Assembly (NCBI RefSeq): GCF_036588685.1
Contig: NC_086379.1
Coordinates: 31,868,001-31,932,000 of the forward strand
Direction: 5' to 3'
DNA length: 64,000 nt
From: Mytilus trossulus
Taxonomy: Eukaryota
The stretch's first letter is position 1. The number at the start of each line of letters is the position of its first letter. Below, one piece after another: positions 1-11,800 of this stretch. Both the position numbers and the translations under genes were made by a program. The notes below the pieces were generated by a model. The model did no database searches. It was not told the DNA's origin and was given only the letters and a program-made list of their open reading frames with translations.

Positions 1-3000
1 ATCTGCTTGAGTCATTTGTAATCCAGCATTAGCAAAAGGTGGGATGTTTAACTTTAGTTTGCAATCTTCAACTTCTTTATGAATATTAAAACCCTTGTCT
101 GCCATAATACCATCACCTTCCTTGATATGACCATGTTGTACTAAGTTTTGTAACATCTTCTTTAATCCTGATTGTTCAAATATATCTTTGTCTGATATAG
201 CACCAGAAAATAAACATGAAGTAAATAAAAGTGACCCTCTAGGATCAACTGCTACCAAAGCTTTTAAAGTGTTTGTAGACTTGTAATTTGAATATGACTG
301 TGACTGTGCATGCAGAGAAGAAGGCTTCTGTATTTTGATTTCTGTACCATCAATTATTGCCAAAGTATTAGGAAAATCCCTTTTATAATTTTCAGGCATA
401 TTTTTAATAATCATGTCACGTGGCGGCCAAGTACATACTGCTCCAAACCTTAAGTACATGAAATTTATCCAGTCACAAAAAAGTGAACTACAGTCTTGTG
501 TAGATATTTGAAATCTGTATCCCAAATCTGTAAAGTCCAAATTATTTCTCAATTTACATAATGTAAAAAAAAACTGGTCCTTGATTTTTATCTTTATCTT
601 CATATTCTTTGACATTTTTAAGGGATAATTTGATGAATCTGGCACTAAAAACTTAAAAACTGCATTAAATTCAGTATTGTTAAAGCCACTGTAGTATCTC
701 AACATTTTGTCATCTTTAGTAAAGTTTTCAGCTGAAAAAATTGACCTTTCCCTCTGTTGAACTTGAAATATTTTCTGGGATTTCCTGGATGCATTATTCA
801 ATGTTAGCTTTTCATTATCCAATATTTTTCTTGCAAGGTCTCTCTCCAAAATCTCCTTTTGCACTGTTAGAGACAGAATATCAATTGGGTCAGCCCCTGA
901 AATATAAAAAATATCATTAGATTCTTGTGACTTTTAAATATATGTTTGTAAAAGAAAAAAAAGTTGGAATCTGATTTTTTTTAGTTTCAAACAGATCAGA
1001 AAAAAATTGATTTGATGATGTTGTTTTGTCTATCAGTTCATAGACAAAATTTATTGATGTGAGCCTGATGTCGTCAACTTTATTTCATGGTTTACTCCAG
1101 TATAAAAGAGAATTTAGAATTAAATTATGAGAAAAAACTGATATATTTTATCTGTCAATTAGTAATAACATTAAATATTGTGGTGCAGACTTAAAAATAA
1201 AAAAAAATTGTAAGGGTTCCGCAGAACCCAGTGTTTCGCCTATTTTTACTATTAATCTCAGGCTCAACAAAAATGAGGCAAAAAATCAATGAAAATATTC
1301 CTCTTGATACTATCTTATGATTGTAAGAAGCTTCTGTCCAAGTTTGGTACAAACCAAGGATAGTTTAAGAAAGTTATTAATTTTTTAAAAACTTTAACCA
1401 GAGTGAATGTCATGTTTCCCCGCAGAAAAACTAAGTCCATGTAAGAGTAGAATACAGAAAAAATGGATTTATTTTTTTACAAAATTTACTTCTGGATACT
1501 ATTTTATGATCATAAACAAGCTTCTGTCCAAGTTTTGTACAAATCAAGTATAGTTTAAGAATGTTATTAAAATTCGAATACACAGAGTGAATGTAATGTT
1601 TCCCTGCAGAAAAAACTAAGTCCATTTATAAGTAAAATACGGAAAAAAATGGAACTTTATTTTTTTTAAATTTACTTCTGGATACTATCTTATGATCATA
1701 AGGCTAGACAAAAACCAGTGTGCACCATTTTTTATGTTATTTTATGAATGGCTATTATCTATTTTGAATTTATTGAACCATAAAACTAATTTTTGACTCT
1801 TCACATTGAATAATCCGCGAAGCGGATTATGTAAAATGTGAAGAGTCAAAAAATAGTTTTATGGTTCAATAAAATCAAAATAAATTATTGCCATTCATTA
1901 TAAATAAATTTCTATCAAAAATAAGGCTCAAAGACCTTTTAATATTATTTATACTAAAAATAACAACGTACACACATGTTGGCGTATGAATACACAACGT
2001 CAGAGTGGGCGTGTCGCCATCAAAATTGATAACATTGAAAATAAAACTAATAATTTTAACCAATCAGAAGACAGTAAAAACACCAAATTTATTTATTTCT
2101 CCATAAACAGAAAAATAATTTCAGTTATTTCCTTAAATATTAAAATTTTAACAATCCCCTTTCTTTTTAGGCAGACTTTTATTCACAGAGAGAGATAGTT
2201 CCAGTGGAAACTGTTTGTGGAGATTTAGTTTTTCCGAAAGAAAATGGTCAATCTGTTTTATCAGAAAAATACAACACTTTGATAGACACCATTTCAAATG
2301 ATGAAGTAAACATTATAGAAGAACAGACCAGAGAACAAGCTCAATGTGAAAAGTGGTTCAAGGAAAGAGAAAAGAGAATAACAGCATCAAACTTTCATAG
2401 AATTGTCAAAAGAAAAGCTGCAATTAATGACAAGTTCATTCTTTCCATAATGAAGCCAAAGCCTTTCACTAGTAAAGCAACATCATATGGAAGAAACAAT
2501 GAAATAAAAGCTAGAAACTCATATGTTCAAACTTCTGGCCATCATGTTCATGATTGTGGGTTTGTAGTTAACCCGAGGTACCCTTTTATTGGTGCTACTC
2601 CAGATGCCAAAATATGTGACAATGGTGTAACTGGAATTATGGAAATTAAATGTCCATTTAGCCAAAGAGATAACCTAATCACTGACGCAATGCAGGGTGC
2701 AGACTTTTGTTTAGAGTTGTCTGAAAATGGACCGAAATTAAAAATCAGTCATGATTATTTTATTCAGGTACAAGGTCAATTACTTGTAACAGGTTCTCAG
2801 TTTTGTGATTTTGTAGTCTATACAAAGAAGGACATCCATATTGAAAGAATTTATCCAGACAAAGCTGTAATGCAAAACATTCTTAATAAGCTTGCAGACT
2901 TTTATTTTGATCATGTACATTTATAATTTTATTCAGTGTGTAAGAAGTTTCTTGCAGGTTAATTCATTTCATGTTTGACAAAAAAAAATCATTTATAAGA

Positions 3001-6000
3001 ATACTAGTTGTGTCATTGGCATTCATATCACATTCTTATTTATATATTACAATGTTTTAGGTGAAATAAAAAAAATGTACAACTTATATAAATGATAAAA
3101 TGAATCAGAAAAGCATTACTTTAGGAATAAATATATAATTGGAAAATTTTATAGGTTTAATGCAAAGAACTCCTTATCAAGATATTTGATGTTAAGGAAA
3201 TGGCAGGGAAAGGATTTCTCAGACTTTAACCTTATATATTTGGCTTTTGTATTATTTGGGTCACAAATTGTAAGAAAAGAAATCTTCAGTTTGCTTATAT
3301 TTTGTAAATGATCATTTAAATATTTCTATAAAAAGAAAAGTGTGTGATGGGGCAAAATATTTAACCCTATGTCTTAGCTAGGGGAAACGCAAGAAGTTCG
3401 AAAATTTGACAAGGAAAAAAAACTGTTTGCAGGATGTTAAAAGCATAATTTTTAATTATTATATTGGAAGTTAAAGTTGTACCTAACACTTATTTAAGTT
3501 CAGGGGATTAAATCTGTTTTAATCACCTTGCATTGTTAATGAAATATAAAGCTTTTTAATTATCAGAAATAGTGTTTGTCAAACTACTATATCTCTTACA
3601 ATTTTTTTCTCAAGAGATTGGTTCAAGTTTTTTGAAATTTTTATATTTTTTTCAAAGGATCAAAATAAATATTTTGTAAACAAATTTATGAAAATTAAAC
3701 GAGCCAAATTAATTTAAGTCTAGGTGTTGGGTGACACCTAAATTGGTGTCATTTTGGTATATACATGTATAGTACATATAAATGGTTTGTCAAAGAACCC
3801 CTTCTTATTTTTAAGCCTTGGACATTTTTTAAGAATCCCTCTTCTTGCTGACTTCATGTCGAACATTCTTTTTAATTTGTACGATTATTACTTTATCAAG
3901 ATTTTCAGCATACCTAACACTGCAGGGAGAAAACTCTGTAAAATCAGCTAAACGTTTTAATTAACTTGCATTGTTAAGGAAACATTAAGCTTCTCAATGA
4001 TCAAAATTACTGTCTGTCAAACTGCTATGTAAGCAGTGTAAATTTCTGGTAAAATGGTACGGTTGGTTCAAATTTTTAGAAATTTTTATATTTTTGTCAA
4101 TTGATGATCAAAGTTAATACTTTGTCAAAATTTTGTGAAAATTAAACGAGCCAAATTAATTTTAGTAATAGTGTTAGGTTCCACCTTAAAAGTAATTAAA
4201 TTCTGAAAGTGATATATATCAATAAATAAATTTAGAGAAAACTTTAAAAAAAAAAAATCTACTATTTCAAAGTTTAATACAAGGTCAACAATAAAAGAGC
4301 ACTTATTTTATAACAAGATTGATTTTTTTAACAAAATTAAAATGTGTTTGTTTGTTGTACATGCTGTTTTCTGCTTCTTGGTTGGATTGTGGTCTTTCTG
4401 ACGCATACCCCATTTCAACTCACAATTTTATGTTATTGAATCACCTTGCATACTAACAACTGTATTAATAAACAGTACTGATCACAAACTTTGTGTTATG
4501 TCATTTATCATTTGTGTACCAAAAAATTGAACCATCAACAAATGAAAACATCTTTTTGAGAAAGTTTAGTAGTCCTGAAAAGGACTGTTTTTGTAATCAT
4601 TGTCATCCTCTGCTGTACAAATATCAGTCTTAGGCACACATTTCAACTTACATCCTCCTTCTGTTTGTATAGCAACAGTGTTTTCTTTGTTAAAATCTGG
4701 TGATATATTTTCTTTGTTGGAATCTGGTGTTATTTCTGTTGTTTGAATTTCTGATGTTTCACTGAAATAACAAGAAACAGTTAGTCAAAGGGAGACAACT
4801 CGAATTTGTGAAATTATTTTAAGCGATTTCTAATTAAAAAAGAAAGATATATGTAAAAGACCTTTGAAATAGGAGAGGGCCATTTCATAAAAAAATAATG
4901 AATATTGATAAAGGTACCTGTATATTATTTTATTTACAGTAATTTCTTAAACAAAGCTAGTGTGTCATATATTTCTGCATTTGCTTTTTACTTCTGCTCT
5001 AATTTAAAATAAATTAGGGTTTGTTGTTAATTACTGTTAATAGTTTCTTGAAATATTGACATGTCCAGACTTAAGATATAAAATAGGAATATCTTGTTTG
5101 ATTTCCAATGAGACAACTCTGTACATGAAACCAAATGACACAGAAAATTAACGACTGTAGGTCACTGTATAGCCATCAACAACAAGCAAAGTTCATACCA
5201 CATAATCAGCTGTAAAAGGCCCCGAAATGACAAATATTAAGCAAGAAAACAAGGAAACAAATGGATGTTACATGTAGTCCAGATGTATGTCACCTTTTAA
5301 AAACAATCATAACCTGTAATGCTTTATATTTTGGTTTATGGATAAAGTCACTGTATAGTTCAGTATTGATAAAAATGAATGACGGGAGAAAAAAAAAAGG
5401 TTTTTATGGGTTACATATTTATGACCAATTATTATATTTATAAGGGACATATTTTCATAAAATTTGCATCTACCTGTAGATCAATTTTCTTTTCACTTGT
5501 CTGTTTGGTGCAGCTTTTGGGGTTTCAATCACTCTTTTGGTGAGGACTTTTCTTGCTGGTTTTGGAGTTCGTCCATCAAATGGTATCGGGTCGGGATATT
5601 CTTCTGTTGGCCCATTTTTGTTGACAAAATGCTGAAATAGAGAACCTAAAAAATTGTACACTGTATTTACTGGAAGGATTATCAGTTAAATTATGAAACA
5701 GCAGCTTAGATTTGTTTTAAATCAATTAATCAACATCATAAAATGTGTGTGTACCTAGAATATGTGCGTTCTAGTGAGGGTCTATCTGACACATGTAATT
5801 TTTACAGGGTTTTATGTCTTTCTGATAACAAAGTTACCATAACCTGTTGCCAATTCAGTAGGATGAGTCAGTATAAAAAAAGACTTATACAAAAATACAT
5901 GTATGAGACATTTTTTAATCGTTAATGATTTAAACTTGTAATGAACTCTATCAGATCATAAATGCAGTTCAGTCTTTTTACACATTTTTCTTTCATTATC

Positions 6001-7453
6001 AATGAAAAATCTCCACCAAGGACCAAAAGTATATAACATAAACAGTTAAAGGTAATAGTAAATCCTTCAACATGGAACCTTGGGTCAAACTGCTTCAAGT
6101 GCCAATTAGACAATTGGTTGTTCATCACAATGTGTATTTCACAAATATCTTTCATTTCTATGGCCTAATTATTACTGCACTGAACGTTGGGATTGCCTTG
6201 TGCGATGTTTGCCATGGCAAATGTTTCAATAATAGAAATATATTTTGATCATGTTTGTTTTAAAGATAACATATTAATTTTGTTTAAAAAAAAAACAAAT
6301 AGAAAAGAGTAAATAAATAGTGCACTTTAGAGTACTGATTATCATTGTGTATGTGGTTTTAAAGCAAAACAGATAAGAAAACAACTGTGTATATATAAAG
6401 TAAAAAAAGTAATGGCAGTCAAATAAAACATTCATTTCCCTCGACTGTAGGAGATATGAAGATTAATTCACCCTCGAAAAGTCATATGCCCTCGTGAAAT
6501 ATGATTTTTTTGGGGTTAACAAATCTTTATATCTCCCTCAAACACAGGAAATATATGCATAATATTCTACCCCCAGGACGAAGAACACTTCTTTCCAGCT
6601 TAAATAATCCAATTGTCCCACCAGAAAAAAAACTAAGTCCAAATATCTGAAAAATTTCGCCAGCACGGCTCCTAGAAAAAGGGTTTTCAATATATTACGA
6701 GACAAAGACCAAAAGTTTGGGCAAAAGAAAGAAAGTATACCTAGAAGTGAGGGCAGTTCCCCTTATCCTAAAGGAACATACTTCTATGCAAAGAGATAGC
6801 TTTCAAAAATTCATGAATCAAGTAATTCCTTTTGTTAATTGACTTACCCTCTCTTGTGTATGCAAGGCATAATTAAATATTTGTAGTGTACACAAAAGTT
6901 ATCCAAACAGTGGAGGAAGATACAAAGATGATAACTAAAACATGGTTGGAAAATACATTGGACAGTTGGAAGGACTTTGTTACTGTATAATAAATGCTTA
7001 CATTTACATATTTGAAACCAATCTCTTGACAATTTATTTATTTTTATGTATATTCGTGTAAAGTTAATGTGTCGGTCGTGTTTGTGCATGACTTATGTTA
7101 TGACTTTAGGCACACAAAAAAGGGGGGGGGTATGGACTGTCACAGGCTGTGTTTTGGGGTCTAAGACATCAATTTTTGATCAATGGTTATATTTAAAACA
7201 AGAATACTGTTGAATCCTTTCAATTTAAAGTATTTGATTTGTTTCAGTATACCTTTGAACAAATGTAAGTTGCTCTCGTTATCCGTTCAACATTGAACTG
7301 TGAGTGCGGTCTTCCGCAGGCCTTTATCCATTTCAGACATTTTTCTAAGTTGTTTGACTTCTTCGGAAATGGCAAAAAACGTACACCGTCCTGAAGACGA
7401 TCCTCGTACCGACTGTCGGTGTTACAAACACCGTAACAACAGCGCTTTACCAT
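1..7453 (-). CDS. THAP-domain / HTH / DDE (PIF-Harbinger/IS5-like) transposase, 3' end outside the window
   Basis: Exons 7453-7253 (MVKRCCYGVC..FLPFPK..W..C..YICSK), 5631-5474 (HF..PDP, completes THAP), 4761-4652 and 896-<1, all GT-AG with phases 0/2/1. The last exon is an open frame of ~298 codons missing from the ORF track: YYSGF..DQFFFTLCKLR..DLGYRF (HTH), IIDGTEIKIQKP..QSYSNYKSTNTLK..SGAISD..MADKGF..LNIPPF (DDE core). Confidence 0.9.
1210..1700. repeat. Fragment of a Helentron/HINE-like element with ~185-bp internal tandem units
   Basis: About 2.5 copies of a unit containing gatactatcttatgat / aagcttctgtccaagttt / gcagaaaaaactaagtccat. A terminal hairpin gggttccgcagaaccc recurs at ~16210. 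Confidence 0.55.
1748..1895. repeat. ~148-bp fold-back palindrome (non-autonomous element)
   Basis: aatggc..ttgaaccataaaacta..tttgactcttcacatt pairs with aatgtgaagagtcaaa..tagttttatggttcaa..gccatt. The centre is ataatccGCGAAGCggattat. Confidence 0.8.
2171..2926 (+). CDS. YqaJ-like (lambda-exonuclease, PD-(D/E)xK) nuclease, terminal exon; upstream exons not seen in the window
   Basis: Polypyrimidine acceptor ttctttttag ends at 2170, followed by an open frame to TAA at 2926. Motifs WFKEREKRITASNF, YGRNNE, GATPDA, EIKCP, YFIQVQGQL. Confidence 0.9.
   Translation, partial: ADFYSQREIVPVETVCGDLVFPKENGQSVLSEKYNTLIDTISNDEVNIIEEQTREQAQCEKWFKEREKRITASNFHRIVKRKAAINDKFILSIMKPKPFTSKATSYGRNNEIKARNSYVQTSGHHVHDCGFVVNPRYPFIGATPDAKICDNGVTGIMEIKCPFSQRDNLITDAMQGADFCLELSENGPKLKISHDYFIQVQGQLLVTGSQFCDFVVYTKKDIHIERIYPDKAVMQNILNKLADFYFDHVHL
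3471..4190. repeat. Two adjacent copies of a ~270-bp MITE
   Basis: Copies at ~3471-3742 and ~3910-4190 share accttgcattgttaa..aaactgctat..aaaattaaacgagccaaattaattt. Ends acctaacac / gtgttaggt are inverted. Confidence 0.6.
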
Positions 7454-8042
7454 AATTGACCAAAATGTACACTCAGACAATTTCAGGCAGACGTCATTGT
7501 TTGTCTGAGTCTTGTTGTAGCAACAAAAATACGCGCGCGCATCTGCGATTTCATTGGTCGATAAATTATTATGGGCGGGGCGGCGATAGGTGAATTAAGT
7601 GATTACAAGTGGCACAATCATCAGACAATTGTTGAATAAACAAACCAATTATAGACTAATGATTTGGTTAAACAAGACATGAGACATCATGATGAGTTAA
7701 ATTTTAGCTACTCTGTGTGAGAAGTAAATAAAATAAAAATCGCCATGACATTCAAATATCTTCAAAGTCAACATGGAAAATATCTTCACATTTTAAAATA
7801 TGTTGCCTTTTTGTTGGAGTTAATATATGCTATACAAACAGACACAATTCACGTGACACAATTACAGTAACACTCAGTTTCGTATCCATTTAAAATAGTT
7901 CTTTAACTGGTACTCCAATACTTCACTTGCCTGCATGTTGTCATCCATCATCGACACTTTTTGCAAGTTCCGTTTGTTCTATACTGTTTAAATTTGTAAA
8001 AAATCCTCCATATAGTGACTATAGTTTATTCATATTTTATAA

Positions 8043-8160
8043 TGGGGCCGGATCGACTTGGGGCAGGATCGACGTGGGCCAGATCTACTTGGGCCGGATA
8101 GACTTTGGGCCGGAATGACTTGGGGCTGGATCGATTTGGGGCCGGAACGACCTGATACCT
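8043..8160. repeat. ~16-bp GC-rich tandem repeat (GGGGCCGGATCGACTT)n, probably a transposon subterminal array
   Basis: About 7 degenerate units ending in ggaacgacctgatacc. Confidence 0.65.
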
Positions 8161-8899
8161 GCAGTAAGGTGTCAACGGAAAAATACATGAGCCTTTCAAG
8201 ATGTCATAATAGACATATATACACTGGTATGCATATTTGTAAACCATAGGCATTAGCCATTAGCATTACGTAAACTTTGACATCACAATAAAAAAGAGAT
8301 TGTTCTTAGATGTCATAAAGTTAATTGGAACAGTTCTAAATTCATTGGAAGACAAAATTCAACTTTATACCCAAGTGTAAATACGTTTATTATTTAGACT
8401 ACTGACTGCAATCTGCACACCCACTGGCACTGTGACCCAGGTTGCTGGCTCAACTGTTCAATAAAATGGTCAATACCTATTTAACTGCTAACCCTTGGTC
8501 TAGGTTATTAACATGGGAAAACAAATGAAAACAAATATAAAACATTAACCTTTAAGTCTCTTTAACAGAGGATCATGCAGTGGCATTACATCTGGATGAA
8601 ATGTTCAGCATCGGCTGCTACGGAAGTTGATGTCAGCATCATTTGAAACGTTATAAAAGAAATCTGTTAAATTCGAAGATAAAGTTTTGCTTTCTAAGAT
8701 GTTATAATTTGTTTCTTAAATATACTGTATATTCAATTGATATTTAATTCATGCATTGAAAACATAAAGTTAGTATGAAAACTGTTAGATGAGGCATGCT
8801 ATAAATTAATTTCGATTAAAACTGATAATAATTTCTGTATTTAATTTAGCTACACCGAAAGCTAAAGTTATTTCCCTTGGCTTTCGACACCGTGCCGAA

Positions 8900-11800
8900 A
8901 TGACCTCTTTTGTATTATTAGGAATTATTGATGAGCCATGTAGTTCCTTACAGATAGATTTTTCATCAAGTAAAATAGGCGGAAATCCCGTAAGATTTAT
9001 CTCAATATATTATGAAAAGGTGTTCCCTGTCGGAAAGTAAAAATGGTATCGGGTTCGTTCGCACCCTATTTTTATCCATATTTTTTAAAATACACATATT
9101 TCATTGTTAGATTTGCTTAGAAGTATAAATCAAAACATTTATACTTTCATGAATATTTTGAAAAATATTTTGTTCATGATTAGTTGATTGAAAACATGAA
9201 TTGTTTATTGTATTTACATTGGTAAACTGAGCGAATGTGGGACAACTCGGCCCGGAGACAACTCGGTCCAAATAATAAGTCAACTCGGTCCACCTATATC
9301 AATGTATATAAAGTTAATTTTGATAAAGACAACATTGACTGTCTATAAAGTCATCTTGAACCATTTTAATGCTAACTCAGACTAACTTAAAAAGAGAATT
9401 TGAACTGATTTTAAAACATCTGGTAAATGCTGGTATCAATGCCAATAGAGTTGGTTAATAAAAAACAATTTACATTTATTTTTCATAGAATTTTCATTTT
9501 ATTCATTATAAAAAGATCGATATTCTGACCATCATGACTGTAAGTAAATATTCATACAAAATTCCCTTGATGTCAAAAGAGATGGCAAAAAAAGAGTTTT
9601 CCTGTTGAATAAAACCCAGAACTATTGCAAACTATTTTGAAGCAATATCCCACAAAGAAATAACGTAATTGCCGTAGACTGAAAATTCTAATGCAATTTG
9701 GATGTAACAATTTTTTTCATTGGCTAAAAGTGGCCGTCAAATCCACAGTTGACCAGGCGTAACTAAGGAGGGACCCGCCATTTTGAATTGATGAATCAAC
9801 AAATGTTCGATAACTACTATATAATCGAAAATAAAACAACACCTACCTCGAATTCGCCGTTTTAATGTAATTTTATCCGAATTTGAAGCGTACAAGTAAC
9901 GTCATAACCTCCAGCTTGTAAGTTTTCATTTGTATGACGTCACGTTTAGCCATGATGTCTTTGTGCCAAAATCATTCATGAAGATTCGCGGATTTTTTTT
10001 AATCTGACAAATTTAGACATTTTTTCAAGTTTTATCGTATTTTTTCTTTTTGTAGTGCATTAGAATCGGAATAACAGTACTGTAGTTGAAGAGTTGCCAC
10101 CGTCAATTTTGATTTGACGGTCGCAAATCTCCGTTTTACTGTCTCCGCTACGCGTCGCCAGTAAAACTGCATTTGCGACCGTCAAATCTACAATTGACGG
10201 TGGCAACTCTTCAACTACAGTACTGTTATTCCTTAAATCCCCTAATTGACAGTAGAGCAATTTGATTGGATATAACGAATTGACATCATGTGATTTTGAC
10301 GCCATTGAAATTTTAATGTAAACAAACAAGGTCAGAAGGTTCAGTATGGAACAGCATCATACATATAGTTACTGACAAACAATTACGAGTTATTAAGCTT
10401 GACAATGCATGGTTATAAAAAATGAAAGCTAAGTCTACAGAAAAAATTAGAAAAAAATAGCCTTAGTATAACGACTTATCATTACACCTGGATATCCAGA
10501 GCAAAATTTTGAAAATAGTTATTTTCATTTTTTTCATATTTATTCACTATTATATAAATTATTTGGATTCAGTCTGAAGTAAAAGATTTTCTGTCATCAT
10601 AAACTTTATCAAACCTACATGGAATTTTATGAAATTTCAACAAAAGCTTGATAATGTCCAAAATACATTATCATGATTATACAGAGCAATTATTTTTATA
10701 CGACCGCAAATTTTGAAAAAAATTTCGTCGTATATTGCTATCACGTTGGCGTCGTCGTCGTCCGAATACTTTTAGTTTTCGCACTCTAACTTTAGTAAAA
10801 GTGAATAGAAATCTATGAAATTTTAACACAAGGTTTATGACCATAAAATGAAGGCTGGTATTGATTTTGGGAGTTTTGGTCCCAACATTTTAGGAATTAG
10901 GGGCCAAAAAGGGCCCAAATAAGCATTTTCTTGGTTTTCGCACTATAACTTTAGTTTAAGTTTATAGAAATCTATGAAATTTTGACACAAGGTTTATGAC
11001 CACAAAAGAAAGGTTGGGATTGATTTTGGGAGTTTTGGTTTCAACAGTTTAGGAATTAGGGGCCAAAAAAGGGCCCAAATAAGCATTATTCTTGGTTTTT
11101 GCAAAATAAATTTAGTTTAAGTATATAGAAATCAATGAAATTTAAACACAATGTTTATGACCACAAAAGGAAGGTTGGTATTGATTTTGGGAGTTTCGGT
11201 CCCAACAGTTTAGGAATTAGGGGCCAAAAAGGGACCCAAATAAGCATTTTTCTTGGTTTTCGCACCATAGCGTTAGTATAAGTAAATAGAAATCTATGAA
11301 ATTTAAACACAAGGTTTATGACTATAAAAGGAAGGTTGGTATTGATTTTGGGAGTTTTGGTCCCAACAGTTAAGGAAAAAGGGGCCCAAAGGGTCCAAAA
11401 TTAAACTTTGTTTGATTTCATCAAAATTGAATAATTGGGGTTCTTTAATATGCCGAATCTACATGATCTAACTGTGTATGTAGATTCTTAATTTTTGGTC
11501 CCGTTTTCAAATTGGTCTACATTAAGGTCCAAAGGGTCCAAAATTAAACTTAGTTTGATTTTAACAAAAATTGAAACCTTGGGGTTCTTTGATATGCTGA
11601 ATCTAAAAATGTACTTAGATTTTTGATTATTGGCCCAGTTTTCAAGTTGGCCCAAATCAAGGTCCAAAATTAAACATTGTTTGATTTCATCAAAAATTGA
11701 ATAATTGGGGTTCTTTGATATGCCAAATCTAACTGTGTATGTAGATTCTTAATTTTTGGTCCAGTTTTAAAATTGGTCTAAATTAAAGTGCAAAGGGTCC

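Larger units (their letters stand above)
1..7595 (-). mobile_element. ISL2EU-type (PHIS group) autonomous DNA transposon, truncated by the window edge
   Basis: Carries the diagnostic pair of a THAP-HTH-DDE_Tnp_4 transposase and a YqaJ exonuclease gene on the opposite strand. The right boundary is estimated just beyond the GC/CCAAT-box region at ~7555-7595. The partner TIR is outside the window, so the end is not verified. Confidence 0.75.

Noticed and set aside
2204-2926. Phage or bacterial YqaJ gene (HGT or contamination)
   Set aside because: It starts at a spliceosomal acceptor and is paired with a THAP-DDE transposase, as expected for a eukaryotic ISL2EU element.
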